DNA of 64,000 nt, taken from positions 1,317,647-1,381,646 of the forward strand of contig CP070761.1 in assembly GCA_020348985.1 (NCBI GenBank). The letters run 5' to 3'. Positions 29,889-39,152 of the stretch are shown here, one piece after another; positions within the stretch are counted from its first letter, which is position 1; every line of letters starts with the position of its first letter. The position numbers were made by a program, and so were the translations under genes. The notes beneath the pieces are model-generated. The model searched no databases. It had not been told where the DNA came from and was given only the letters and a program-made list of their open reading frames with translations. The stretch is from Candidatus Thorarchaeota archaeon. GTDB taxonomy: Archaea; Asgardarchaeota; Thorarchaeia; Thorarchaeales; Thorarchaeaceae.

Positions 29889-30763
29889 ATAAGGAGAGAC
29901 TTGTCATGCGCGAACCGCCTCCACACATAATTGAGAGCCTCAAGAGATTTCTGGATGAAGACGTCAGATCGGGAGACCTGACAACCAAAGCCATGGGCGA
30001 GCTTGCAGCGCCTGCTGTAGCAACAATCTTCTCAAGATCCAACACAATACTCGCTGGAATTGAAGAGGTAGTGGCCCTTGCAGAGATTGCGGGAGTAAAG
30101 CATGAGGTTCTTGCATTTGAGGGCAATTGGATTGAACCCGGTACGGCGGTCATGCGACTGAATGGAACTGCAAGATCTCTATTGGCTATTGAGAGAGTCT
30201 GTCTAAACATAATACAGCGTATGAGTGGAATTGCTTCGAAAACATACAATCTGGTACAGATCGCTAAGAAAGTGAATGCTTCAGTGATTGTTGCGGCTAC
30301 TCGAAAGACAACACCTGGTTTCAGGTACTTTGAGAAACGAGCAGTCCAAATCGGCGGCGGCGACCCACATCGATATGCTTTGGATGACATGGTGCTAATC
30401 AAGAACAACCACATAGCACTCGTTGGGACTGTAGGCCAGGCAGTGAGAATGGCTAAGGAGTCTGTTTCGTACACGAAGAAAGTCTCTTGTGAGGTTAGAA
30501 GCCTGGCAGAGGCACTGGAAGCGGTCTCTGCCGGAGCGGATATCATCCTTCTAGACAATCTAGGTCCGAAGGATATCGAAGAAATACATGCTGCACTTGT
30601 TGATAGTGGGACGCGTGACAGAGTACTGCTTGAGGCATCAGGCGGAATCGATGAGCAAACAATCAAAGAATACGCCAGTTCCGGAGTTGATGTCATATCC
30701 TGTGGTGCATTGACACATTCGTACGATTCTTCCAACTTCAACATGAGCATCTCGTTGAGATAG
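29882..30763 (+). CDS. nadC: Quinolinate phosphoribosyltransferase
   Basis: TRKTTPG, HR..L.D..LIK.NH, LLDN, EASGGI. Confidence 0.96.
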   Translation: MLDKERLVMREPPPHIIESLKRFLDEDVRSGDLTTKAMGELAAPAVATIFSRSNTILAGIEEVVALAEIAGVKHEVLAFEGNWIEPGTAVMRLNGTARSLLAIERVCLNIIQRMSGIASKTYNLVQIAKKVNASVIVAATRKTTPGFRYFEKRAVQIGGGDPHRYALDDMVLIKNNHIALVGTVGQAVRMAKESVSYTKKVSCEVRSLAEALEAVSAGADIILLDNLGPKDIEEIHAALVDSGTRDRVLLEASGGIDEQTIKEYASSGVDVISCGALTHSYDSSNFNMSISLR

Positions 30764-30770
30764 TAGAATT

Positions 30771-30797
30771 AATGTTGCCCCGGCCGGGATTGAACCC
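30771..30797 (-). repeat. Degenerate copy of the tRNA-Glu 3' end (att-like)
   Basis: aatgttgccccggccgggatt-gaaccc versus aatggtgccccggccgggattcgaaccc at 32026-32053 (one substitution, one deletion). Confidence 0.9.
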
Positions 30798-30849
30798 TCA
30801 CATACTTAATTCAGGCTCAAATCTAGCAGTGTACAATAGATTCCATGGT

Positions 30850-31923
30850 CTAAATGGTCCAGAATGCCCATTCGTTGTCCACTTTCTCACCCATCAGTTT
30901 CCCCTTGTCGAAACGTCTCTTTACAGTCGTATAGATCATCCTATCTCTATTCCTAGCTCTGGGGTCTGCTTCCTTGAGAGCCGCGATTACTTCAGACATG
31001 GTTCTTCTATTGGGCAACTTGAAGTATCCGATTTTGATGAGGTCATTGATAGCCTTTGCTGGTGACCAAGGGTCTGGTTTCGATGCTATCTCTGAATCAA
31101 GTGACCTTCTTGCCTCTCCAAACTTGAGCTCGAGCTTGTCCACAGGTATGCCAACAATGTCTATCTTGTCAAGGTCGCCAATCCCTAGCCCTTTCTCAAC
31201 AAAAGCTTGTATCACCTGGGCCTTTTGCGGTTTAATACCAGCGAGATGGAGTCCGACGGTCTCTACTGCTACAGCATCTCGTCCAACAAAGAGAATGTCA
31301 GTCTGAGTTCTCGCTCCCTTCCCCTTGAAGAACTTCGAGAAGTAAGTAGCATCCAAAACAGCTAGGTCGACTCCTCCGACAGCCTCATAGAGGGATGTGA
31401 GGAGATTGAAGAATATCTCACTCTTGTGATACTGCACCTTCTTTCTTGTGGGCGGGAGACCAAAGAGGTTCTTGAGGATGCTTCCCCTCTCATAGGTCCT
31501 CATGACATGGGTGTTGACAAAGACATGCGGTTTCAAGACGAGTTTCGCGAGGTCAATGACGACTTCCCGTATTGGATTCGCAACCTCAACTGGGATAGTT
31601 TCCTTTTCGGTGGAGAGATTCACTGGCACAACATTATCTGAGAATAGCGACTCCCAAACCTTTAGTCGGTCAGTACCTGTTCCTTGAGAGTTGTCAGTTT
31701 CAACCAGGTACTTCTTTGGCGCCTGTGAGAATGCTTTGATAATACTACTGACGGTTTCCACGGTAGAATACCATCCGGTCTCAGGGTAGAAAACACCTAC
31801 TTTGATTACGACCTCACGATCTGAAGCATTGATGTCGTCGATTCCGCCTATGAGATCGCAAGCATACTTCACTGCGTCCTGCTTTTCCTTTCTCAGGTCG
31901 ACTGCTGCCACAACTGCATTCAA
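30850..31923 (-). CDS. DUF362-family protein with C-terminal winged-helix-like extension
   Basis: VVIK, LKNLFG, DAVAVE, GLGIGDL DUF362 motifs; last ~65 aa look like helix-turn-helix plus wing. Confidence 0.8.
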   Translation of the reverse strand: MNAVVAAVDLRKEKQDAVKYACDLIGGIDDINASDREVVIKVGVFYPETGWYSTVETVSSIIKAFSQAPKKYLVETDNSQGTGTDRLKVWESLFSDNVVPVNLSTEKETIPVEVANPIREVVIDLAKLVLKPHVFVNTHVMRTYERGSILKNLFGLPPTRKKVQYHKSEIFFNLLTSLYEAVGGVDLAVLDATYFSKFFKGKGARTQTDILFVGRDAVAVETVGLHLAGIKPQKAQVIQAFVEKGLGIGDLDKIDIVGIPVDKLELKFGEARRSLDSEIASKPDPWSPAKAINDLIKIGYFKLPNRRTMSEVIAALKEADPRARNRDRMIYTTVKRRFDKGKLMGEKVDNEWAFWTI

Positions 31924-32027
31924 ACTACAATCTCACCCGATGATACACGCTCTGCCTCTTGCAGATATGTTTTCGACTCAAACATTCCGAGCTACAGGGA
32001 TTATGGTTTCTGCTTAGAGAAAGAGAA

Positions 32028-32105
32028 TGGTGCCCCGGCCGGGATTCGAACCCGGGTCATAGGGTCGAAAACCCTAGATGCTGGGCCGGGCTACACTACC
32101 GGGGC
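32028..32105 (-). tRNA. tRNA-Glu (TTC), CCA encoded
   Basis: GCCCCGG acceptor stem, TAGGG-TTTTCGA-CCCTA anticodon arm, GGTTCGAATCC T-arm; TATA-like element at 32133-32140. Confidence 0.97.
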
Positions 32106-32315
32106 TAGCTTATCGCGAAGCACCTGTTTCTGTTTTTTAAGGTTTGGTAAACGCCTCGGGTCTTGAGAGGTCAAAAAGGCTTACTCCTTGTGTCGTAAGT
32201 GAACTACAAGAAACTCAGCATTCCGCCTTTCTTGTGACAGCTGTAATCACATGTGTAGGAAACCAAACAAGAACTGGTATAACCAAATGATTGGATATAC
32301 ACTGGGGCCATTCCA

Positions 32316-34700
32316 GTGATTGTAGAGAGGAGAATAGGCTGTGCTTTCATCATCATCCTCCTAACAACAGGCTTCTCCTCTCTCATTCTTCCGGGCGAGG
32401 TATTTGGTGGAAACCGGAGTGACATCTCGGTCTCGTCGCCTTTTGAGGCATTGCCGGCCTCGTCTCACATTGACAGCTTGGTGGACCATGATCCGATAGA
32501 AATCAATGGTAATGACGACTTTGTACTTCAAGGCTGGCCAGGCTCGGGGACAAGGGAGAATCCATTTGTCATCAACAACCTTGAGATTGCTTCAGACGAC
32601 GTCAACATCAGAATCACCAACACTACCGATTTCTTTGTGATTCGCAACTGCAATCTTACCTCAATGGGAGATTGGTCGTATGAGGATGCGATTCTGTTCG
32701 AGAACGTCACGAATGGTTCTGTGGAGGACTGCCACATAGGGCTCAGGGGAACTGGCACTAGAATTGTAAGGTCATCAAATTGTACGATCAAGAGGAGCGA
32801 GATCGTAAGCATCGTGATTGGCGTCAAACTGGAGAACTCGGAAAACATCGTTGTTAGGAAGAACACACTCTATCACAACTACGCTGGAATCTACTTGAGT
32901 TCCGTTACCAATTCCATGATCGTCTCGAATACAATCCATGACAATCTAATTGGGGTTATTGTAAGATCGTCAGTATCGTGCCTAATTGACCGGAACACCA
33001 TCTATCGTAACACAGTGGAGGAAAACGTAATTGTGGACGAGCATCCAGGTGGTGTTGACCTTTATGACTCCAACAGTTGTGTGGTTTCTGATAATTCGGT
33101 GTTTGACAATCTTGGCGGAATCTATCTCAATTCTTCCCCTAATTGCACGGTTATCAGCAACCTCATTTACGACAATATCCGAGGTGGACTGACTCTTATC
33201 AGCTCGCCAAATGGCAGGGTAATAGAGAACGTCTTTGATTCAAATGGTGTCTATGTCAGCGGAGAATTGGATAGCTGGCATCACACATTCGTTGGCAACA
33301 CAATCAACCGCAAGATGCTTGGTTATTACCATAATGACTCTGATTTGATTGTTGACGGCAGTACAATTGGCCAAGTGATACTAGCCGAATGCGTCAACGT
33401 GACAGTTGTGAATTGCGACTTTAGCGATACGAATGTCGGCGCGTTTTTCGGGTTCTCATTGAACTGTTCTCTTCGCGACAGTGTCATTGCTGACAGTTCC
33501 GGTTACGGGATCCATGTTGTGAATTCCACGAACTCATCTGTAGAGAATGTCACCTTTCACACCAATCGTCACGGAATTCGAGTGTTCGGATCCAGCAACA
33601 CCAATCTTCACAACAATAGCATCAGCGGCAATAGCTTCTGGAGCGTCAACATACGCTGCTCTCCGTTTAGCACAGTTTCAGCCAATCGTATCCATGACGT
33701 TATGTATGGGATTTGGATGCAGGAGTCGTCGAATTCTACAATTCAAGAGAATACAATCACCAATCTTGTGGATTCTGCCATCCACGTTCATACCTCGAAT
33801 TCTACAAGGGTGAACGACAACACAGTGGAAGATTGCTATGCAGGAATCTGGATGAACTTCTGCAGTGGGTCAATCGTGGAGAATAATCACATTCGAGATG
33901 GCTACGGCAGCGGAATCGTAGTTAAGGGTCTCGAATGTGTTGTGCGACATAACACAGTTCACGGTAAAGAAGAGAGCGGCATCTGGATTGCGAACGTTGA
34001 CGGAGCCGAAGTTCAGAATAACAGTGCTACAGGTAATCGACATGGAATCTACGTTTGGCGTTCAATGAATAGCAGAATTACCAACAATAGCATTCTATTC
34101 AACAAAGAGATTGGAGTCTGGGTGGACTCTGATAGCCGCTACACCCATATCATGTACAACGACGTGGGCTGGAATCTACAGGCAAATGCCCAAGATGATG
34201 GAAGATTCAGTATCTGGGATGACGGAGAAGAACATGGAAATAGATGGGGAGACTACGATGGTCCGGGGCATTACAGGATTTCTGGTGAGTCGGAGAGCGT
34301 CGATAGATTCCCTCTGAAGCTGCACGACCCATACCCTCCCATCATTAACCATCCAAAGGACAAAGAGTATGGTGAAGGAGCTACTGGCCAATTCATCCTT
34401 TGGATGATAAGTGAGGCAGAACCGGGCACGTATCGAATTTTGAGGGATGGGATTGTCATCGAATCAGGTGAATGGATTGAGCTAATGTTCTCATTTCCCA
34501 TCGATGATCTATTGCCTGGAGTCTACAACTTCACCATTGTCGTGACTGATGAAGACGGCAATTCCGCACATGATATCGTCATAGTAAGAGTTCGCCCTTC
34601 AATCCTTACTGCCAGGAGGTCTGTCGTCCTTGTGTGGCTGTCTATTGCGGTGATTTCGATTGTTTCAGTGGTCGTATATAGGAGAAAGAAGAAACCCTAG
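32316..34700 (+). CDS. Secreted right-handed beta-helix (NosD/CASH) surface protein with Ig-like domain and C-terminal TM anchor
   Basis: Signal peptide, GWPGSGT.ENP cap, many N..GI.L..S.N..I..N repeats, GNRWGDY, final TM helix plus RRKKKP. Confidence 0.92.
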   Translation: MIVERRIGCAFIIILLTTGFSSLILPGEVFGGNRSDISVSSPFEALPASSHIDSLVDHDPIEINGNDDFVLQGWPGSGTRENPFVINNLEIASDDVNIRITNTTDFFVIRNCNLTSMGDWSYEDAILFENVTNGSVEDCHIGLRGTGTRIVRSSNCTIKRSEIVSIVIGVKLENSENIVVRKNTLYHNYAGIYLSSVTNSMIVSNTIHDNLIGVIVRSSVSCLIDRNTIYRNTVEENVIVDEHPGGVDLYDSNSCVVSDNSVFDNLGGIYLNSSPNCTVISNLIYDNIRGGLTLISSPNGRVIENVFDSNGVYVSGELDSWHHTFVGNTINRKMLGYYHNDSDLIVDGSTIGQVILAECVNVTVVNCDFSDTNVGAFFGFSLNCSLRDSVIADSSGYGIHVVNSTNSSVENVTFHTNRHGIRVFGSSNTNLHNNSISGNSFWSVNIRCSPFSTVSANRIHDVMYGIWMQESSNSTIQENTITNLVDSAIHVHTSNSTRVNDNTVEDCYAGIWMNFCSGSIVENNHIRDGYGSGIVVKGLECVVRHNTVHGKEESGIWIANVDGAEVQNNSATGNRHGIYVWRSMNSRITNNSILFNKEIGVWVDSDSRYTHIMYNDVGWNLQANAQDDGRFSIWDDGEEHGNRWGDYDGPGHYRISGESESVDRFPLKLHDPYPPIINHPKDKEYGEGATGQFILWMISEAEPGTYRILRDGIVIESGEWIELMFSFPIDDLLPGVYNFTIVVTDEDGNSAHDIVIVRVRPSILTARRSVVLVWLSIAVISIVSVVVYRRKKKP

Positions 34701-34731
34701 ATGCTGGGCCGGGCTACACTACCGGGGCTAG
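34692..34731 (-). repeat. Exact 40-bp duplicate of the tRNA-Glu 5' half plus 3 nt of leader
   Basis: Identical to 32069-32108; identity ends inside the anticodon loop. Confidence 0.97.
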
Positions 34732-34793
34732 TTCGCATCGGACTTCTCTGAGTAGTTGTTAACATTATGTACTTGCCCCTGTGCTGACAGCCA

Positions 34794-35240
34794 TCACTGA
34801 GCTTTGGACTGACCTCCGCTCCTTTCGCAGACCTTCTCGCGGGGGGCTTCTTCTCTAGGTCTGCAGGATGTATTCTTGACTCCCATCATGTCCAACATTC
34901 TTGACTCAACCATGGTCAGTCTCGATGGGACATCAACTTGTTTACGTGACTTCATGATGGCCTGAATTTTCAGCTTGACATCCGACCCGGATTGGCTTGA
35001 AACTGATTGAAGCATAAAGGACCTGAGGTCTGATTCGGAAGGGACTCCTGATATGACTGTGCGACCGGAGACTAGTGTAGGAACAACCAATACATTGTAC
35101 AAACTCGCGAATGTCGGATATTCCTCAACATTCACCTCAAAGACGGAAGCTTCACTTGCGATATTTTCATTCTCGTCTTCTACCATCTTCCTGACAACAT
35201 CGCACCAGGTGCAATGATATGATGTGAATAGCAGAATCAT
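34794..35240 (-). CDS. Thioredoxin-family protein with C-terminal extension
   Basis: FTSYHCTWC active site, VPTL cis-Pro loop. Confidence 0.85.
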   Translation of the reverse strand: MILLFTSYHCTWCDVVRKMVEDENENIASEASVFEVNVEEYPTFASLYNVLVVPTLVSGRTVISGVPSESDLRSFMLQSVSSQSGSDVKLKIQAIMKSRKQVDVPSRLTMVESRMLDMMGVKNTSCRPREEAPREKVCERSGGQSKAQ

Positions 35241-35457
35241 GCATGAATCCCTTCGAGGATATTGGTTTGTCACGATTCAGAGATTTAAGGTCGGATGAGT
35301 CAACTAGTATTGCAAACCAAACGAAGGGTTTCTTTTGTAACTACGAAGGTAGATTGGCGGTGAATGGATGAATGATTACAGTGGCACTGGCTAACTCTGT
35401 TTGTCGTAACCTTAATATCACAACCACCGGCTGGTGTTTGTGGTCTGATAGTTCAGA

Positions 35458-35534
35458 GGGCCCGTAGCTCAGCTTGGTAGAGCAGCAGGCTCATAACCTG
35501 TCGGTCGTGAGTTCAAATCTCGCCGGGCCCACCA
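35458..35534 (+). tRNA. tRNA with CAT anticodon, most likely tRNA-Ile2 (agmatidine type)
   Basis: Cloverleaf with CTCATAA loop and CCA encoded. The GGGCCC acceptor stem is Ile-like rather than initiator (AGCGGG) or elongator Met (GCC...). Confidence 0.9.
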
Positions 35535-35607
35535 CTCTTCAGCAGATTGTCTTCTAGCCAGTCGACTTATACGCAGCTCTAGCATCCCACTCGGTGGAGG
35601 ACCTTGT

Positions 35608-36369
35608 TTGCAGCTCATTCCAGAAGTTGTGATGTGGGGAGCGTTGGCCAGCCTGGCGGCGGGTACTGCAACTGGGATCGGTGCAATACCTGTCCTCTTC
35701 GGTCGTGACTATGGACGGCGTTCCCTTGACCTTATGTTGGGATTCGCTGCCGGTGTGATGCTTGCGGCATCAGCTTTCAGTCTACTTGTGCCAGCGCTAG
35801 AACATGAATTCGGGGGCGTGTGGGTCACCGCATTGGGATTTGGTTTAGGTGGTGTCTTCCTTGTTCTTGCAGACAAGCTCATTCCGCACGATCATTTCAT
35901 GAAAGGTCACGAAGGGCCTTCGTCCGGAATGGAGAGGATATGGCTTCTTGTTCTCGCAATAACCATACATAATTTCCCAGAAGGGTTAGCGGTGGGTGTG
36001 GCGTTTGGGTCTGCAGACGCGGCCACTGGGACGGCTATTGCGATAGCAATAGGAATGCAAAACATACCGGAAGGACTGGCTGTGGCAATGCCTCTTGTAA
36101 GAGAAGGTTGGACTCGTGCAAGGGCTGCAGGTCTGGCGTTGATGACAGGCCTCGTAGAACCAGTAGGAGGGCTGCTTGGGGTTTCAGTCGTTTCAATCTC
36201 AACATTTCTACTGCCGTATGGCCTAGCCTTTGCCGCTGGAGCAATGGTATATGTTGTGAGTTCTGAGATGATCCCTGAGAGCCACTCCGGCGGTTATGAG
36301 AGATTCGCCACTGTTGGGGTAATGATTGGTTTCATCATTATGATGGTCTTGGACAATGTATTCGGATGA
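35608..36369 (+). CDS. ZIP-family (GufA/ZupT) metal transporter
   Basis: GFAAGVML, HNFPEG, QNIPEG, EMIPE. Confidence 0.95.
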   Translation: MQLIPEVVMWGALASLAAGTATGIGAIPVLFGRDYGRRSLDLMLGFAAGVMLAASAFSLLVPALEHEFGGVWVTALGFGLGGVFLVLADKLIPHDHFMKGHEGPSSGMERIWLLVLAITIHNFPEGLAVGVAFGSADAATGTAIAIAIGMQNIPEGLAVAMPLVREGWTRARAAGLALMTGLVEPVGGLLGVSVVSISTFLLPYGLAFAAGAMVYVVSSEMIPESHSGGYERFATVGVMIGFIIMMVLDNVFG

Positions 36370-36432
36370 GAACTGCGCTCGAATATCGATGCTCTTGGAA
36401 GATGGGTTGCATAATCATTTAATATCCCCTAC

Positions 36433-36930
36433 TTGGAAGAGGCGCGAGTAGTGACGATAATGTCTAGACGTATGCACTTCGACCGTCGTGCTCTTGGAGC
36501 AATTGCCATTGTGTTAATAGCTGTGGGTTTCATGTCTTTCACACCAGTGAACATTAGTGGCCAGGCAACACTGTCGCTTTCACTGGACCGCAATGTGGGG
36601 ATGGCTTTGGGGAGTATCATCCAAGGAGTCTTTACATTACGCGGAAGCGGACCGGACACGATTGTCAGTTTGGCTGTGTTCTTCAACGGTGTTGAGGTGC
36701 ATTCGGTTACTGGAAACAGCATTGCTTGGCAATTTGACACTGCAGAATACGCTTCGGGCTCCACCAACATTACATTGGTGGGATGGGACTCGATGAATGA
36801 AACATCCCAGACAACTCTGGAAGTCTATTTTCTCGGCGGAATCATGAGTACCATAATCACTGTGGGGATAGTTGGACTTGTAATTGTACTCATTATAGTA
36901 AGATATCTGCCGAAACTCAGACGAGAATAA
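36433..36930 (+). CDS. Membrane-anchored protein with a single Ig-like domain
   Basis: Signal/TM helix, beta-rich domain (WQFDT...G..NIT..GWD), C-terminal TM helix plus basic tail; start uncertain. Confidence 0.7.
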   Translation: MEEARVVTIMSRRMHFDRRALGAIAIVLIAVGFMSFTPVNISGQATLSLSLDRNVGMALGSIIQGVFTLRGSGPDTIVSLAVFFNGVEVHSVTGNSIAWQFDTAEYASGSTNITLVGWDSMNETSQTTLEVYFLGGIMSTIITVGIVGLVIVLIIVRYLPKLRRE

Positions 36931-37051
36931 GACGCGAAACCAACTTGATAGGATGAACTGATAGGTTCTTCGTGAGTTGGATGCCGTCTAAGATACATTG
37001 GCCTACAGCAATGTTAATATTCCAAACCGAAGGTGAAAGCGCTACGAGCAA

Positions 37052-37156
37052 GCCGCCGTGGCTCAGTAGGTAGAGCGACAGCCTGTTATCGTACGGGCTT
37101 TTGCTTGAACGACAGAGAGTTGTTGGTCGCAGGTTCGAGCCCTGCCGGCGGCGCCA
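37052..37156 (+). tRNA. tRNA-Asn (GTT) with 29-nt intron at 37/38 (37089-37117)
   Basis: GCCGCCG acceptor stem; bulge-helix-bulge formed by the CTGT/ACAG helix with TAT and AGA bulges; CCA encoded. Confidence 0.95.
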
Positions 37157-37201
37157 TCCTTCATTCTATTCAGGACCAAGCTTGCAACTGTTTCCTAGGT
37201 A

Positions 37202-37576
37202 CTAGTCTCCTGTTGGTTTGACGGTACTGCCCTCTACCATCAGTATTGCAGTCCGTTCTGGGGCTCTTGTGCGGTGTTTGATTCCTCTTGGAACCATGAA
37301 TCCCTGTCGGGAATTCAACTCAACAGTTTTGTCTTCTAGGTCAATGAGAAGGGAACCGCTGACCACATAGAAGAATTCATCTTCTCGGTCATGCTTGTGC
37401 CAATGGAAATCTCCTTCTATGACACCGAGTCGGATGACACAATCATTGACATTCGACAGTGGTAGATTCTGCCACTGCTTCTCGCAAGCATCAATTATGC
37501 CAGGAATATCAATGAGTTCCAAAGGGCCGAACTCAACATCTGTACTGATCGAGTATTTAGAATCGTTATCCATCAT
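37202..37576 (-). CDS. Cupin-domain protein
   Basis: WHKH...DEFF and VPRGIKH motifs. Confidence 0.92.
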   Translation of the reverse strand: MMDNDSKYSISTDVEFGPLELIDIPGIIDACEKQWQNLPLSNVNDCVIRLGVIEGDFHWHKHDREDEFFYVVSGSLLIDLEDKTVELNSRQGFMVPRGIKHRTRAPERTAILMVEGSTVKPTGD

Positions 37577-37601
37577 GCTACACCCCAGTTGAAGATTGGG
37601 A

Positions 37602-37871
37602 CTATTCCTCGATTACTCTTCTGGTTATCTTGAAAACGACCTGATGTGTGTAGTCACTACATCCTAGCGTGATACTGTCGTCTTCCATCCAGGAAAACTT
37701 GCCTCCTGACAACATAACTAGAATCCAAGGATACATGACATGAAACGCACTAGGACACATTTTTCCTCGGTCCTCTGGATACTCGTATGCGTCACCGGCT
37801 TTCTGACCCATGGAGCATTTTCCGTTTCCGAGAACGTCAATCACTTCAATCTTCAACTTGTATCGGACCAT
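37602..37871 (-). CDS. TIGR04076-family small Cys protein
   Basis: KC..G.K.GD, MCPSAF, CSD....VVFKI pattern. Confidence 0.8.
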   Translation of the reverse strand: MVRYKLKIEVIDVLGNGKCSMGQKAGDAYEYPEDRGKMCPSAFHVMYPWILVMLSGGKFSWMEDDSITLGCSDYTHQVVFKITRRVIEE

Positions 37872-38019
37872 GACTGCCACATCGACTGTTTTCCTTAATG
37901 CGAAATCCATTAGAAAGGGCTCGACTCACGCAATATGAATATTAATCGCTGCTAGGTCAAATGACTAGCTTAGATGTTCAATGTGTAATACTCAAAAACA
38001 ATAGGTTTGGCGTCAGATT

Positions 38020-38556
38020 ATGCCCTCCAAGAATGACCACGTATCCATGACTGTTTGGTGCCCACTGATCCCACTGGAGGACATTGGCAAGTTGGTCGGC
38101 CACGAAAACGAGCTGTCAAGAATCAACGGAGCCTACGATGATTGGCGAGTCTCAATGAGAAGCAAGCCATTAGTTGGCGTTGATATGGGTGTGCTCCTAG
38201 ACAGAATCAGAATGCTTATGATAAATGTGGGGATTGCAGGCGGTCAAGACCGAATATTGGCTAGTAGGGTACAAAGCATTCTTTCTGATGCGCTAAGGAA
38301 CAATGCCCTAATCTTGATTGAGAGAATGTTTCCCGCATCAGAAGGACTCGATCAATTCAGAGTAGTCTTGAATGATTTCTTCACTAAGTTGAAGTTCACA
38401 CGGGACATCTTCCCTGAAGAAGAGATGGAGAAGGCGGTTTCGAAGAATGTCATGGGAAGTGGCAGTGGTGCTGTGAAGGAATTGCTCTTACAGGGTACCA
38501 AAGTTGTGAAGAACTTGTATATTCGCCTACTGAGTCCCGATCCATGGGGCTGGTAA
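38020..38556 (+). CDS. Hypothetical protein
   Basis: 178-aa ORF filling the gap; no recognised motif. Confidence 0.7.
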   Translation: MPSKNDHVSMTVWCPLIPLEDIGKLVGHENELSRINGAYDDWRVSMRSKPLVGVDMGVLLDRIRMLMINVGIAGGQDRILASRVQSILSDALRNNALILIERMFPASEGLDQFRVVLNDFFTKLKFTRDIFPEEEMEKAVSKNVMGSGSGAVKELLLQGTKVVKNLYIRLLSPDPWGW

Positions 38557-38569
38557 CGAAAGTACAAAC

Positions 38570-39142
38570 TTAGATTCGTGTAATTTTATCGTCTCGTTTC
38601 TGGAATCTAGCTTCTGATTTCTTTACGACATGCCAGTCAGTGTAATGAAGCGTCACTAGAAGCTCGCTGCCCGAAACCTCGAGTTCTATGAAACTGGCAT
38701 CTGTCTTCCCAGCCCAGCCCCCAGTAGCACCTGAAACCGTCCCCGGGTTGAGAAGAAGCTTGTTTCTATGAAGTTCGATTGCAGGCTTGTGTGTATGCCC
38801 GTGAACTGCAATATCAACGCCAGAGTCAGTGAGCATCTCCCAGAGTTGTTTGGCATTGCCGCGAGGTCTGAGTTGGGTTCCATGAAACAGCAAAAACTTG
38901 TATTCCTCAATCTGGACCAACTCATGATGATTGTAGCTAGAACCATAGTCCATGTTGCCAATAACAAAATGTGATTTGGGGAGAGTCGGCATTGCATCTC
39001 TCATAGCCTGCTCCCGCACTAAGTCCCCCGTTACCAGTGCAAGGTCATAATCTGTGCGTTCGATGTGTTCATAGAACTCCTCTGGAATTGAGTCCCTTCT
39101 CGAGGGAATGTGGGCATCTCCAAATACGAGTACTCGTTTCAA
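38570..39142 (-). CDS. Vps29-like / YfcE-family metallophosphoesterase
   Basis: GDAHIP.R, TGD, GNMD, HG.Q..P.G, GHTH, NPG...GA, SFI. Confidence 0.9.
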   Translation of the reverse strand: MKRVLVFGDAHIPSRRDSIPEEFYEHIERTDYDLALVTGDLVREQAMRDAMPTLPKSHFVIGNMDYGSSYNHHELVQIEEYKFLLFHGTQLRPRGNAKQLWEMLTDSGVDIAVHGHTHKPAIELHRNKLLLNPGTVSGATGGWAGKTDASFIELEVSGSELLVTLHYTDWHVVKKSEARFQKRDDKITRI

Positions 39143-39152
39143 TCACGGGCCC

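Noticed and set aside
29860-30750. Long antisense ORFs (296 aa opposite nadC; similar ones opposite the CBS, smc and tfrA genes)
   Set aside because: They are codon-symmetry shadows of well-supported genes on the other strand.
30771-34731. Split or trans-spliced tRNA-Glu made from the separated 5' and 3' pieces
   Set aside because: An intact gene is present, the 3' piece lacks the anticodon arm and is mutated, and no complementary leader sequences are seen.
35458-35534. Calling the CAT tRNA a tRNA-Met
   Set aside because: The GGGCCC acceptor stem fits archaeal tRNA-Ile2 better than initiator or elongator Met.
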